Source of the DNA: an uncultured virus (IMG/VR IMGVR_UViG_3300025000_000001)
Lineage: Duplodnaviria; Heunggongvirae; Uroviricota; Caudoviricetes
Length of the DNA: 64,000 nucleotides
Direction: 5' to 3' (one strand)
IMG/VR virus record: IMGVR_UViG_3300025000_000001
The first letter of the stretch is position 1. Every line of letters begins with the position of its first letter. Below are positions 19,578-30,078 of this stretch, piece by piece. The notes under the pieces are model-generated. The model made no database searches, was not told the origin of the DNA, and saw only the letters and a program-made list of their open reading frames with translations. The translations under genes and the position numbers were made by a program.

Positions 19578-20528
19578 ATGGAAGAACAAATTTTTCAGAA
19601 GGCTTTTGAACAATGGAAGAATAGTGATGGGCATACCCCATTCTGGGACAGTCTTGCCTCAGAATGTGGGTATCCGTCCGGGGAAGATATGCGCTTAGTT
19701 TTTAAACGTGAGCGCAAAAAGAGGGGGTTAAGTAAAAACTCTATTTTACCAACAGTCAAACAGAATTCTGGTGCTAAAATATTACTCCTAGATATTGAGA
19801 GCAGTCCGATTGTTGCATTCACATGGGGAGTGTATGATCAGAGAATTAACCCAGATGCAGTAATTCAAGATTGGCATTTGCTATCTTGGTCTGCTAAGTG
19901 GTTGTTTGATACTAAAAAAATGAGTGATGTTTTAACTTCCGAAGAAGCGAAAAATCATGATGACCGAAGGATTGTAGAGAAGATTTGGGGATTGTTAGAT
20001 GATTGCGATGTTGTAATCGCTCACAACGGGAATGGTTTCGATATTAAGCGATTGAATACTCGTTTTTTGAAACATGGCTTTCAACCCCCTTCTCCGTACA
20101 AGCAAATTGATACCCTTTTGGTTGCCAGAAGCAATTTTGACTTTACGAGCAATAAATTAGACTTTATCAATAAGTTTCTAGGATTACGTCATAAAACCGA
20201 TACTGGTTTCGATTTGTGGAAACGCTGTTTTAATGGTGATGAAAAAGCTCTTGCGGAGATGCTTTCATACAATGTAAACGATACGGATATTTTAGAAGAT
20301 TTATATGTTCTTCTTCGTCCCTGGATGAAGAATCATCCTAATTTAGCATTATACAACGAGATTGAAGAATATTGCTGTCCCAATTGCGGATCGATTGAAT
20401 TAGAATCAAATGGTTTTTATTATGGCGGAAGCGCAAAGTATGAATCTTTGAGATGTTCTTGTGGTGCTGTCTCAAGAAAGAAACAAAATTTACTAACTAA
20501 GGAGAAGAGGAAGAGTCTCTTGTCCTGA
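19578..20528 (+). CDS. DEDD 3'-5' exonuclease (RNase_H_2-like) with C-terminal Zn ribbon
   Basis: LLDIES, AHNGNGFD, IDTL, YNVND, CPNCGS. Confidence 0.88.
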   Translation: MEEQIFQKAFEQWKNSDGHTPFWDSLASECGYPSGEDMRLVFKRERKKRGLSKNSILPTVKQNSGAKILLLDIESSPIVAFTWGVYDQRINPDAVIQDWHLLSWSAKWLFDTKKMSDVLTSEEAKNHDDRRIVEKIWGLLDDCDVVIAHNGNGFDIKRLNTRFLKHGFQPPSPYKQIDTLLVARSNFDFTSNKLDFINKFLGLRHKTDTGFDLWKRCFNGDEKALAEMLSYNVNDTDILEDLYVLLRPWMKNHPNLALYNEIEEYCCPNCGSIELESNGFYYGGSAKYESLRCSCGAVSRKKQNLLTKEKRKSLLS

Positions 20529-20545
20529 CATCAAGGAGGCCATCA

Positions 20546-21376
20546 TTGCTTGAGTATCGTGGTATAAAAGAAGTTCAATTATCTCAACAAGATTTAGCGA
20601 ACTTTTATGAAGGCGATTTTAAGTTTGACGACATGGTGGAAAACCAGTATTTGCTTATAAAAGATGAATCTGGAAATTATGTTGATAAATGTAGGTTTGA
20701 TGGTAAAACTCTGAACAGAATAGTAAAACCAAAATTTATCGAATCAAGAATGCTGGATAAGGTGAAAGCCCTTAATATTAGACAAGAAATATACATCGAT
20801 CTATTGCATCAAAAAGATATAACGATTAAATGCGTTCAAGGTTCGGCTGGCGCTGGAAAATCATTTATAGCAATTGCCTATTCCTTGCAAGAACTTGAAA
20901 AGGACAGATCGAAAAAACTGTACATTCTTAGAAATAATGTTCCAATTGAAGGGGTTGAAGAATTGGGGTTTCTGCCTGGAACTGAATACGATAAACTAAA
21001 GCCATATATTATGTATGCTTCAGACGTTTTATCCGAGGGCGGTTTACAAATGATGGTTGAGACTGGAAGAATTGAGATGTTATATCTTGGAACTCTCAGG
21101 GGGAGAAATTTGTCAAACGCAATTGTTCTGTGTAGCGAGTCTCAAAATATGACAGTAGAACACCTTGCCATGATTATTAGCAGAATGGGAAAAGATACAA
21201 TTTCCATATTTGATTTTGACATGGATCAAGTTGACAAAAAGATATTCAGAACAAACAACGGTATGAAAAAAATGTACGAAGTTTTTCCTGGTGAAAAACT
21301 CTTTGGCTGTTGTGAATTGGAAGAAGTAGAACGTTCCGAATCAGCAAAACTAGCAAGAAAATTGTTAAATAAATAG
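20546..21376 (+). CDS. phoH: PhoH-family ATPase
   Basis: GSAGAGKS, LGFLPG, LRGRNL, ESQN, ISRMG, VERS. Confidence 0.88.
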   Translation: MLEYRGIKEVQLSQQDLANFYEGDFKFDDMVENQYLLIKDESGNYVDKCRFDGKTLNRIVKPKFIESRMLDKVKALNIRQEIYIDLLHQKDITIKCVQGSAGAGKSFIAIAYSLQELEKDRSKKLYILRNNVPIEGVEELGFLPGTEYDKLKPYIMYASDVLSEGGLQMMVETGRIEMLYLGTLRGRNLSNAIVLCSESQNMTVEHLAMIISRMGKDTISIFDFDMDQVDKKIFRTNNGMKKMYEVFPGEKLFGCCELEEVERSESAKLARKLLNK

Positions 21377-21383
21377 GTTATAA

Positions 21384-21454
21384 GCCAGTATAGCTCAACG
21401 GCAGAGCAAGTGTTTTGTAAACACTAGATTCGGGTTCAAATCCCCATTCTGGCT
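21384..21454 (+). tRNA. trnT: tRNA-Thr(TGT), no encoded CCA, two stem mismatches
   Basis: D arm GCTC/GAGC; anticodon arm AGTGT-TTTGTAA-ACACT; T loop TTCAAAT. Confidence 0.82.
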
Positions 21455-21462
21455 CTTTATTC

Positions 21463-21488
21463 TCCCTCTTTGCTAAAGAGGGATTTTT
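21463..21488 (+). terminator. Intrinsic terminator after tRNA
   Basis: tccctcttt-gct-aaagaggga followed by ttttt. Confidence 0.65.
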
Positions 21489-21504
21489 GTATTTAGGAGG
21501 TAAA

Positions 21505-22566
21505 ATGCCTAGACCTAGAGGCGTAACTAAACCAATTTCTATTCTTGAAAAACAAGAGTTGGACGGAGAAGAAGAAAATGCGGTTGTTCGTAGAAAGCCA
21601 GTTAAAACAAAAACAGGAGTAGAAGTAACTAGTTGCTATTGTAGAAAATGTATGAGAAATAGAAATCCGAATAGGTTTTTAAAGGCAACCGATCCCCTCT
21701 TAGATTCAAATGGTCTGATGTCGGTTTGTAAAGACTGTATTGCTGATATGTGGATGAACTTTTATTCTACCTCTGAACAAGATATATATAAGGCCATGCT
21801 AAGACTGTGTAGAATTTTGAATGTTCAGTATTCCGTAGATGCTCTTGACGCTGTAAAAAAGCAATATGATAGCAAAGCTATAGCCTATAAAGAAGAAAGT
21901 TTTTTTGGCCTATATAGAACAAAGCTACTCGTAACTCAAAAAGTAGAAAAAATGCAGCGAAATCCTGACGCAGACTTTACTTTTCACGAACCAAACATCG
22001 TGATCAGAGATACTGGCGATCTTGATGAAGTTGACGGAAAAGAAGACTTGGAGGCGTTTTGGGGTGAGGGTTTGGGATTTGGCGATTATGAATTCTTGGA
22101 AAAAGAATTGGCAGAATGGAAACAATCTTATTCCTGCTCTAATAAAGCAGAAGAATTTATACTGAAAGAAATCTGCCATAAACAATTAGAACTAAGAAAT
22201 AAACGCGTTGAAGGACAATCCGTTGACAATATTTTAAAATCCGCAACCGATCTTTTGAAAAACGGTGGCCTGACTCCTGCTCAAGCAAACGCTGCTTCTC
22301 AAGGTAAAAACGTCGATAGCTGGGGAATGATCATCAAAGAGATTGAACAAACTACCCCTGCGGAATACTACAAGGATAAGAAGTTGTTTGCCGATGTGGA
22401 CAAGATTGATAAATATGTCAAAAACTTTATTCTTAGAAGCATAAAGAATTTTATTCTCGGATCGAAAGACTTCAACATATCTGAAGAAGATTCTTCTGAT
22501 GAATATGAGGAGTTCAAGTTCGAGGAGGTAGACGATGCCGACGAGTCCAAGAGCATTTCAGGATAG
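21505..22566 (+). CDS. Zinc-finger protein upstream of terminase, probable small terminase subunit
   Basis: CRKC...VCKDC; overlaps the large terminase start; SPbeta-like synteny. Confidence 0.6.
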   Translation: MPRPRGVTKPISILEKQELDGEEENAVVRRKPVKTKTGVEVTSCYCRKCMRNRNPNRFLKATDPLLDSNGLMSVCKDCIADMWMNFYSTSEQDIYKAMLRLCRILNVQYSVDALDAVKKQYDSKAIAYKEESFFGLYRTKLLVTQKVEKMQRNPDADFTFHEPNIVIRDTGDLDEVDGKEDLEAFWGEGLGFGDYEFLEKELAEWKQSYSCSNKAEEFILKEICHKQLELRNKRVEGQSVDNILKSATDLLKNGGLTPAQANAASQGKNVDSWGMIIKEIEQTTPAEYYKDKKLFADVDKIDKYVKNFILRSIKNFILGSKDFNISEEDSSDEYEEFKFEEVDDADESKSISG

Positions 22567-24340
22567 TTATAGAAAAGATAGCAAGACGCAAGATATTTTT
22601 CGTAAAAGAAAGAACATGGTTTTGTCTAAAGACATTGAGGCAGAACGTAGAGAAAATTATATTCTTTGGAATACCTTCTTTAGAAGAAACATACACCGAT
22701 TTATTGAACAAGTTCTGGGAATAAAATTATTTCCCTATCAGATTATATGGATTTATCTGATGAGTATATCAGATGTGTTTATTTCCATCTGTAGTCGCGC
22801 CGCCGCAAAATCATTTATTGCTGCTTTGTTTTGTTTGGCAAAAGGAATTTTGTATCCTGGTAGTGAGATTATCATCTCGGCATCTACTCTAAAACAGTCC
22901 TCTCTTATTCTTACGAATAAGATTACTACTCTTAGAGATATGTCCCCTGTATTGCAAAGAGAGATTGCCTCAATTGTTAGCTCTCAGAACGATAATCGTT
23001 GCATTTTACAAAATGGATCGGTTATCAAAGTTGTTGCCAGCAATGAAGGCGCTAGAGGTAATCGCGCAACGATGCTTCTAATGGATGAATTTATTCTACT
23101 CGACAAAGAAGTTGTTGATTCTGTTCTGACTCCCTTTCTTTATGTCAGACAAGCGCCATTTATGCTTAAGCAGGAATACCAGGATTATCCTCAAGAAGAA
23201 CCTCAAACGATCAGTATTTCTTCGGCGGGATTCAAATCTCATTGGTCTTGGCGATATATTGTAAATACAATTAAGGGAATGGTTAACGGTAAACGATTTG
23301 GGTTTTTTGCTACTGACTATTTAGTCAGCATCAAATCGGGTATCAAGACTCAAGCTCAGATTGACGCGGAAAGAAGAAACTCTGATCCAGAAACATTTAG
23401 TAGAGAATACGAAAATCTTTATTCTGGTGAAAGCGGCAAATCTTACTTTAAGGTATCTTTATTTGATCGTAAAATAAAACGAGCCTTTTACCCCCTACGG
23501 CAAGACCTAGTAGGCGGAAAAAAGAACCCATATGCCCTCCAGAAGGCCCAGGACGAGATTAGAGTGATTTCATATGATGTAGCCGCCAGGCAGAACAAGG
23601 CGAACGATAACAGCGTTCTTAGTTGTATTCGTTTGATACCAACTCATAAAGGCTATAAACGAAGCGTTCCTTATATGGAATCTTCTCATGGTGCAAACGT
23701 TGTAAGCCAGGCTTTGAGATTAAAAGAAGTTTTCTATGATTTTCAAGCTGACTACATTGTTTTGGATATTCAGCAAAACGGCATTGGTATCTATGATACT
23801 ATGTCTAGCATTACTACCAATGAGGAAAGAGGAATTGAATATCCCGCTTTTGGCGTGATGGAACACAATTCCATCAGTGAAGAAGTTAGAAACGAATTAA
23901 GGGATCGATGTTTGGGGGTGAATCCCCTTCCGGTCGTTTACCCTATTTCAGCAAGCGCAAAGTTGAACAGCGAAATCGCTGTAGCTTTTAGATCGGCTTT
24001 GCAAAAGAAACTGTTTGATTTTCTTGTTAGCGACATTGACGCTGACGATTATTTAACCAGAACGAATAAAGAATTTTTAGAAGTTGAAACTTCTTTACGT
24101 CCCTGGTTTTTACATCCTCACGTTCAAACAAATTTACTAATACAAGAATGTGTAAATCTTGAATTGAATGTTCTAAACGGAATGATCAAACTCACGGAAG
24201 GTACAGGAAGAAAAGACAGATACACTTGCGTTTCATACGCTAATTACTTTGTTTCTGAGGTTCTCGATAGAGAGCTTCTAAAACAAGGTGATAACACGGA
24301 TGAGTGGAGTGTAATCCAGTCTATCAGTTTAGTATACTAA
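22535..24340 (+). CDS. Terminase large subunit
   Basis: LFPYQ, SRAAAKSF (variant Walker A), ARGNRA, LLMDEF, ISISSA, YDVA, RKDRY. Confidence 0.92.
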   Translation: MPTSPRAFQDSYRKDSKTQDIFRKRKNMVLSKDIEAERRENYILWNTFFRRNIHRFIEQVLGIKLFPYQIIWIYLMSISDVFISICSRAAAKSFIAALFCLAKGILYPGSEIIISASTLKQSSLILTNKITTLRDMSPVLQREIASIVSSQNDNRCILQNGSVIKVVASNEGARGNRATMLLMDEFILLDKEVVDSVLTPFLYVRQAPFMLKQEYQDYPQEEPQTISISSAGFKSHWSWRYIVNTIKGMVNGKRFGFFATDYLVSIKSGIKTQAQIDAERRNSDPETFSREYENLYSGESGKSYFKVSLFDRKIKRAFYPLRQDLVGGKKNPYALQKAQDEIRVISYDVAARQNKANDNSVLSCIRLIPTHKGYKRSVPYMESSHGANVVSQALRLKEVFYDFQADYIVLDIQQNGIGIYDTMSSITTNEERGIEYPAFGVMEHNSISEEVRNELRDRCLGVNPLPVVYPISASAKLNSEIAVAFRSALQKKLFDFLVSDIDADDYLTRTNKEFLEVETSLRPWFLHPHVQTNLLIQECVNLELNVLNGMIKLTEGTGRKDRYTCVSYANYFVSEVLDRELLKQGDNTDEWSVIQSISLVY

Positions 24341-24362
24341 AAAAGAAAGGAGGTAAGCCTCT

Positions 24363-25961
24363 GTGACAGAAGATATTAAAGAATTGTTGTCAGAAATACC
24401 GGAAGGTACGGAACTAAGTAAAGATGTGGTCTTTGACGTTCTACGGTTTGCTAGAGAGTTGGGGTATACCGGTTATTTAACTCCAATGCTCGTAAATCAA
24501 AGAATGCAAGACATCTCTATGAATCCTCTTTCGGCCACAAGCGAAGGTTTAACCTCTGCTTTAGCTGATCCGAAAAATAACGAGATTGCATTACAAGGAT
24601 ACTCTGAAGACTTAGAACTTCAATCAATGGTGTATAAACGATTGATCGATTATTGTTCTACTATTCTTTCGTTTGATGTAAGTTATGATGCAATCAATGC
24701 TGAATTTTCGGACTATAAATCACCGAAGTATAAAAAGGATTTAAAAATTGTTGAAGAGTTTTTAGATCGCTTTGATTATAAGAAAGAATTTCAGGGTGTT
24801 GTTAGACAGCTTTTGAGAAATGAAGCCTACTTTGGATTGACTAGATTTGAAGGCCAAAGACACGTTTTACAGGAATTTCCATCTTCGCCAAATTATACGA
24901 AGATTACTGGAAGATCGGATGTTGGTGGATTGCTATGGTCTGCCAATATGTATTGGTTTTTAATTCCGGGCGTCGATTTAAGAATGTATCCTTCATTTTT
25001 TGGTAAGGCATACGAGAACGCTTTTACGGGTAGTTCCAGCAAGTACAATCCATCTTTGCCTGGAGATATGAGAGGTAGTTCTAGTTGGGTTTACTGGCAG
25101 GATATTCCTCTAAGTGTTGGTTGGGCTTTTAAACTAAATCCAGAATTGGCAACCCGAATTCCTTATTTTTCCCCATTGTTGTTGGACTTAGTTCAGCAGG
25201 GAACGGTTAGAAATTTGCAAAGGTCTATTTATATGGCCGCTGCTGCTAAAATTTTGGTTGGAGCAGTTCCTTTGTTGAAGGACACAAAGGCAACGGTTAG
25301 AGATAGTTTAGCCATGTCGCCAGATGTTTTAGCTAAGTTTTTGGCGTTGGTAAAGACGGCTCTCGGTGATTCAATCAAAGTTGCTGCTGCTCCTCTTGAA
25401 GATATGCAACAGATTAACTTTGAAAGCGAAAATATCTATGATCCATTTTTGAAAACTGCTTTGGCTACAAGTGGCATTAATACCAACTTGATCTTTAGTA
25501 GTAATATTAAGCCCAACGCTATTGAAACTCAATTGAGTTTGGAAGTAGATTCTAACATATTGAAGAAGTTATATTCACAGTTCAATGCGTTTATGAATTA
25601 TCACGCAAATCAATATACTTCTAAGTTTAAGTTTGAGTTTCATTTTGAAGGTACTAATTTCTTTACTGATAGAAATGAGAGATTTGAAAAAGTCAATACT
25701 CTTGCAGATAAAGGAATCGTTTTACCTCATAAGATTGCTGCTGCTTTAGGAATGAAACCGGCTGCTTTTCAAAGACAGTTAGATGAAGCTAGGGCTAATG
25801 GCTGGGTTGATAATTTGACTCCAATTGTTTCTGGATTTAATATGAAACAAGGTGGAGAGTTAGAAAAAGGTAGACCAAAAAAAGCAACTGAAGAACTTGG
25901 TGATTCTGGCGCTCAAACTAGAGATTCTGCTTCCAATCTTGGACGCGGTGGAAAGGAGTAA
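24363..25961 (+). CDS. Portal protein
   Basis: Follows terminase; 532 aa; C-terminal KGRPKK tail. Confidence 0.8.
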   Translation: MTEDIKELLSEIPEGTELSKDVVFDVLRFARELGYTGYLTPMLVNQRMQDISMNPLSATSEGLTSALADPKNNEIALQGYSEDLELQSMVYKRLIDYCSTILSFDVSYDAINAEFSDYKSPKYKKDLKIVEEFLDRFDYKKEFQGVVRQLLRNEAYFGLTRFEGQRHVLQEFPSSPNYTKITGRSDVGGLLWSANMYWFLIPGVDLRMYPSFFGKAYENAFTGSSSKYNPSLPGDMRGSSSWVYWQDIPLSVGWAFKLNPELATRIPYFSPLLLDLVQQGTVRNLQRSIYMAAAAKILVGAVPLLKDTKATVRDSLAMSPDVLAKFLALVKTALGDSIKVAAAPLEDMQQINFESENIYDPFLKTALATSGINTNLIFSSNIKPNAIETQLSLEVDSNILKKLYSQFNAFMNYHANQYTSKFKFEFHFEGTNFFTDRNERFEKVNTLADKGIVLPHKIAAALGMKPAAFQRQLDEARANGWVDNLTPIVSGFNMKQGGELEKGRPKKATEELGDSGAQTRDSASNLGRGGKE

Positions 25962-25964
25962 AAT

Positions 25965-26306
25965 ATGCCATTGACTCCTAACGCTCAATTAACTCAGACT
26001 CCGGGCTTACTAGATATAACTATGACTAAGGGGGATAATCTCGCTTTCAATATTGATTTTAATATTGATCTTACGGGCTATACCTTTGTCGCCAAAGTTG
26101 TTTTTTCAGATAAAACAACAGCGCCTTTTACCATTGTTGTTTCTAGTTACCCAAATGGAATTTTGGCCTTATCAATAGATGATAGTGTCAGTTCTATTTT
26201 TCCAGTTGGAGAAATGACTTGGTACTTTTCTTGGACTGGGCCAACTCCAACTTTTTTAGTTAGAAAGGTTTTGGCAGGAAAATTTACAGTTATAGAAGGA
26301 GGATAA
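25965..26306 (+). CDS. BppU-N-like adaptor protein
   Basis: KGDNL..IDLTGYT...GKFTV pattern; resembles 58645-59004. Confidence 0.6.
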   Translation: MPLTPNAQLTQTPGLLDITMTKGDNLAFNIDFNIDLTGYTFVAKVVFSDKTTAPFTIVVSSYPNGILALSIDDSVSSIFPVGEMTWYFSWTGPTPTFLVRKVLAGKFTVIEGG

Positions 26307-28577
26307 ATGACAGATATTGAAATTGTCATAAAAACTCCCAATGCTATAACAGTGGAGCCTTCATTTATAGATGGAGGAGAAACAATAGCTGCCACAGTAG
26401 AGGAAAGACCAATTCTTGTTGAACCTTCCTTTATCTTTGGCGGCGAAACGGTTGATGTGTTTGTTGAAGAAAGACCCGTCGAAGCCTCTGTTATTTTTAC
26501 CGAGGAAACCGTCTCTGTACAAGTAGACGGAAGACCGATTGAGGTTTCTGCCGGTCTTAGCGGTGGCGGGGATGCCCAAACCCTAGATGGTTATGATGGA
26601 TCGTACTATCTTGATTGGGACAATTTTACGGGCACTCCAAATAGTTTGTCGGGATATGGAATTACAGACGCCTATACAAAGACGGAACTTCAAACGAGTG
26701 GACAAGCAATTGTTGATTGGGGAAATATTTCCAATGAGCCTTCGTTTGGAACCGCTGCTTTTGAAGATGTTCCCATTTCGGGAAATGCTTCTGGTACAGA
26801 AGTTGTTGTGGGGAACGACACCAGATTAACGGATTCTAGGACTCCGTTGTCTCACGGTAGCACCCATACTTCCACCGGTGGAGATGCCGTTCCTGACGTT
26901 ATTGCCGCTGGAGCATCGGGATTAATGGGGGGTTCGGATAAAACCAAACTGAACGGAATTGAATCTGGGGCAGAAGCAAACAACATATCCGATGTTGACG
27001 CGACAGATTTAACCGATGGTGGAGATACAACCCTTCACATTCACGATGGAAGATATTATACGGAAACAGAACTTCAAACTTCTGGACAATCCAGTGTTCA
27101 CTGGGGTAACATTACAAACGAACCATCTTTTATAGATGGAACGGGGATTGCGGGAAGGGTAGGCGAATGGTCTGATACCGACAGTTTGCAATCCAGCACC
27201 CTGATCAAATCCGGGGCCGGGGTTTTGACTCTATCGTCGGCTACGAACGCCGGGCTGACCATCGCCGTGACTGCCGCCAAGACCTTGACCCTGGCGGCGG
27301 CGGATAACGCAACCCTGACCGTTCCGGGCGCGGGGGGCACGGCGGCGCTGATGAGCTATGCCAACGCCGGAAACTTCGGCGTAGGGGTAACGCCAACTGC
27401 TTTTTTGCATGTCTTGGGCAATACAACCTCTAACCCACTTCTCGAAATAAAAACGTCGCTCGCCACTACATCCAGGGTTTTTGTTGTGCGAAATTCCAGC
27501 GACGTAATAACACATCAAATGGATGCGGTTAGAGGGCAATTCGCGTTCGGTAATGTTCTGCCAAGCACCCTTCCATCTGGAGCGCCTGGTTTTCAGGTTT
27601 ACGGTAACAATTCTGGCGCAGTAAACAGAATACAAAATTTTTCAAACACAGCTACAACCACATCAAGCGTACAGCTTTATCATTCTAGGGGTACTTATGA
27701 CGCCCCGACACCACCAAACGCGAGCGGCTATTATCTTGGACAACTTACATTTGGTTCCTACCGATCTGCTGGCGTCGCAGTTGCAAGAGCAGCAATACAA
27801 TCACACTCTACCGAAAGTTGGACAGCAACTGTATCGGAGGGCGCTAATTTACTTTTCCAGGTCTGCCCATCTGGAACAGCGACTAACGTGACGCTAATGA
27901 CCTTGCAGGACTCTTACGTTGGTATCGGCGATCATATACCGCTGTATAAATTACACGTATTGGAGTCTGACGCAGCAACCAACGCAATCACAACGACTGT
28001 TACCCTCGACCACAACACCAGCGGCATCGTCGCGGCGTCTGGCCTCGGCAGTCGCATACTCGGACGACTGGAGGACGCCACGACTGCCGACCAGGAGGCG
28101 TTCAGCCTGGACTGGTACTGGACTGACTCGACCCACGCTGCGCAGCACGCCGCGGCAGTTATCCGAGTCAACAAAGCCGGGACGATGACGGAGGTATTTA
28201 GGGCGGGCAGCACAGAGGTTGTCGTCAACGAGACGGGCAGCGCGACCATTGACATGCGGGTAGAGACAGACAGTTACGACGCGCTGTTTGTGGATGCGTC
28301 AAATGACTCTGTCATGATTATGTCCAACGCGGCGGGCAAGGTTGGCTTTTTTGGCGGCGCGGCAGTCGTGCAGCAAACCGCCCTGACCACGCAGCTAACC
28401 ACCCTGACGGCAAGCGCGCCCGGAACACCCGATTATTCAATCCAAGACCTTGTGGCTGGCGGTTTTGGTTTTGTGGCGGCTGATGAGGGGCAAAGCATGC
28501 TGAGTGCATTCATTAATTTACAAACCAGGGTAGCGGAGCTGGAAACCAAACTACAGGCTTACACCCTGTTAGCATAA
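26307..28577 (+). CDS. Long mosaic fibre-like protein
   Basis: P.SLSGYGITDAYTK, GNDTRLTDSRTP.SH, DKTKLNGIE, H.HDGRYYTE fibre motifs; internal repeats. Confidence 0.8.
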   Translation: MTDIEIVIKTPNAITVEPSFIDGGETIAATVEERPILVEPSFIFGGETVDVFVEERPVEASVIFTEETVSVQVDGRPIEVSAGLSGGGDAQTLDGYDGSYYLDWDNFTGTPNSLSGYGITDAYTKTELQTSGQAIVDWGNISNEPSFGTAAFEDVPISGNASGTEVVVGNDTRLTDSRTPLSHGSTHTSTGGDAVPDVIAAGASGLMGGSDKTKLNGIESGAEANNISDVDATDLTDGGDTTLHIHDGRYYTETELQTSGQSSVHWGNITNEPSFIDGTGIAGRVGEWSDTDSLQSSTLIKSGAGVLTLSSATNAGLTIAVTAAKTLTLAAADNATLTVPGAGGTAALMSYANAGNFGVGVTPTAFLHVLGNTTSNPLLEIKTSLATTSRVFVVRNSSDVITHQMDAVRGQFAFGNVLPSTLPSGAPGFQVYGNNSGAVNRIQNFSNTATTTSSVQLYHSRGTYDAPTPPNASGYYLGQLTFGSYRSAGVAVARAAIQSHSTESWTATVSEGANLLFQVCPSGTATNVTLMTLQDSYVGIGDHIPLYKLHVLESDAATNAITTTVTLDHNTSGIVAASGLGSRILGRLEDATTADQEAFSLDWYWTDSTHAAQHAAAVIRVNKAGTMTEVFRAGSTEVVVNETGSATIDMRVETDSYDALFVDASNDSVMIMSNAAGKVGFFGGAAVVQQTALTTQLTTLTASAPGTPDYSIQDLVAGGFGFVAADEGQSMLSAFINLQTRVAELETKLQAYTLLA

Positions 28578-28589
28578 AGGAGCAAACCT

Positions 28590-28910
28590 ATGGCAATTGT
28601 ACTTACATCGACAGCAACAGACCGGATTGTGACGGGCACTTGGCGCGGGGCAAAGGCCAAACTTGACCCGGTCATTGAGGGCGCGGCGGCGTACTGGTAC
28701 AGCCTGGGCTACGGGCAGGTGATGGCGGGCGAGGTACTTACGCCGTTTGCCAGCCTGACCATCGCCCAAAAACTGAACGTGATGGACGAGTTTGTCAAGC
28801 AGCACGTCCTCAAGGCGGCACGCTTAAACCTCAACGCCAACGTGGACGCGGCGAAACTGGCCGCCGAAACGGAAGCCGCGGCAACCGCTGCGGGTTATGA
28901 TTTTAGATAA
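28590..28910 (+). CDS. Fibre-associated hypothetical protein
   Basis: SD AAGGAG; GC-rich like the 3' part of the fibre gene. Confidence 0.65.
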   Translation: MAIVLTSTATDRIVTGTWRGAKAKLDPVIEGAAAYWYSLGYGQVMAGEVLTPFASLTIAQKLNVMDEFVKQHVLKAARLNLNANVDAAKLAAETEAAATAAGYDFR

Positions 28911-28960
28911 CGCGGCGGTAGATAACCAAGAAGACGCTCGGATTCAAAATAAGGAGTTTT

Positions 28961-29660
28961 ATGAATGCTTTAGGTATTGATGTATCAAAATATAATGGGC
29001 CGGTAAACTGGGAAGTTGCCAAAGAAAATGGTGTAACTTACGCTGGAATGCGGGCTTCAATTAGTTGGGGATATCGCGATCCCTGGATTGGATATAACCT
29101 TTCGGAATGTAAAAGACTGGGTATTTTTATTATGCCTTATCACGTCTTGTATCCTGGAGAAAATGTACCCAGACAGGTTGATAATTTTTTGAATGCGTGT
29201 GCTGTTTCTTGGGAGTTTGAAATTCCTGTACTTGACTTGGAACTAACTCACGGACAGTCGAAAGCGACCCATTACTATCGCTGCGGTAGCTTGGCTAGAA
29301 CAGGTCGAAGCCAAAACCGGAAAGAAACCGATTATTTACAGTCGTAAGAGTTGGATCGATTCGTACACCGTAAACGACATGTGGAGAACCCGATATGATT
29401 GGTGGTTGGCTCATTATTTGATGGACAGGACGGTTGAACGTCCGGCTCCACCCGCTATTCCTTCAACAGTTGTTAGCTGGCTAATTCATCAAAACTGTGA
29501 CAAGAAACCGGCTTGGGAAGGATTTGCCGCTTCTAGCAATGACTTCATTAAAACGGTTGACATCAATCGATGGAACGGCGACAATTCTGCCGTAGCAGAT
29601 TATTTCGGTTCAACCGTTCCCCCTGCCCCAGTTTGCAAATGCTGTGGTAAGCCTCTATAA
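28961..29660 (+). pseudogene. GH25 muramidase (endolysin 2), frameshifted at ~29270 (or sequence error)
   Basis: GIDVSKY...VLDLE in the first frame; continues ITIAAVAWLEQVEAKTGKKPIIYS...WWLAHY...VDIN in the +1 frame. Confidence 0.8.
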
Positions 29661-29686
29661 CATAAAAACAATTTAAGGAGGTAAAA

Positions 29687-30055
29687 ATGCCAAAGTGGAA
29701 ATACATCTCCTTAAAAGAATATATTGACGCTAGGCTAGAAGCAATCATTAAATCAGAAAGTGTTGCCTTAGACGCAATGGATCGAAGGATGGATGCTGCC
29801 AACGAACTTAGAGAAGCTCTTCGTGACGTAAATAACAATAGCGTTAGATCAACGGAATGGTTGGCTTTTAAACAAAGAAACATTCAAGATTTAGAAAACA
29901 TCGTTTTAGATATTCGCTCTCTTATGTTGTCTAGGGCAGAACTTGCAGGAAAAGCGAGTCAAGCACAATTAACAATAGTGATGGGAATATCTTTGATTAG
30001 TTTATTAATATCAATAATTACGTTTGTTTTAAAAATAACAAATGTAGTTAAATAA
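29687..30055 (+). CDS. Coiled-coil protein with C-terminal TM helix (lysis cassette)
   Basis: Hydrophobic C-terminal helix; next to lysin. Confidence 0.65.
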   Translation: MPKWKYISLKEYIDARLEAIIKSESVALDAMDRRMDAANELREALRDVNNNSVRSTEWLAFKQRNIQDLENIVLDIRSLMLSRAELAGKASQAQLTIVMGISLISLLISIITFVLKITNVVK

Positions 30056-30078
30056 AACGAGGGAAAAGGAGAAAACAC

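Noticed and set aside
22535..25961. Inteins or introns in terminase or portal
   Set aside because: Continuous ORFs of ordinary length with no splicing motifs noticed
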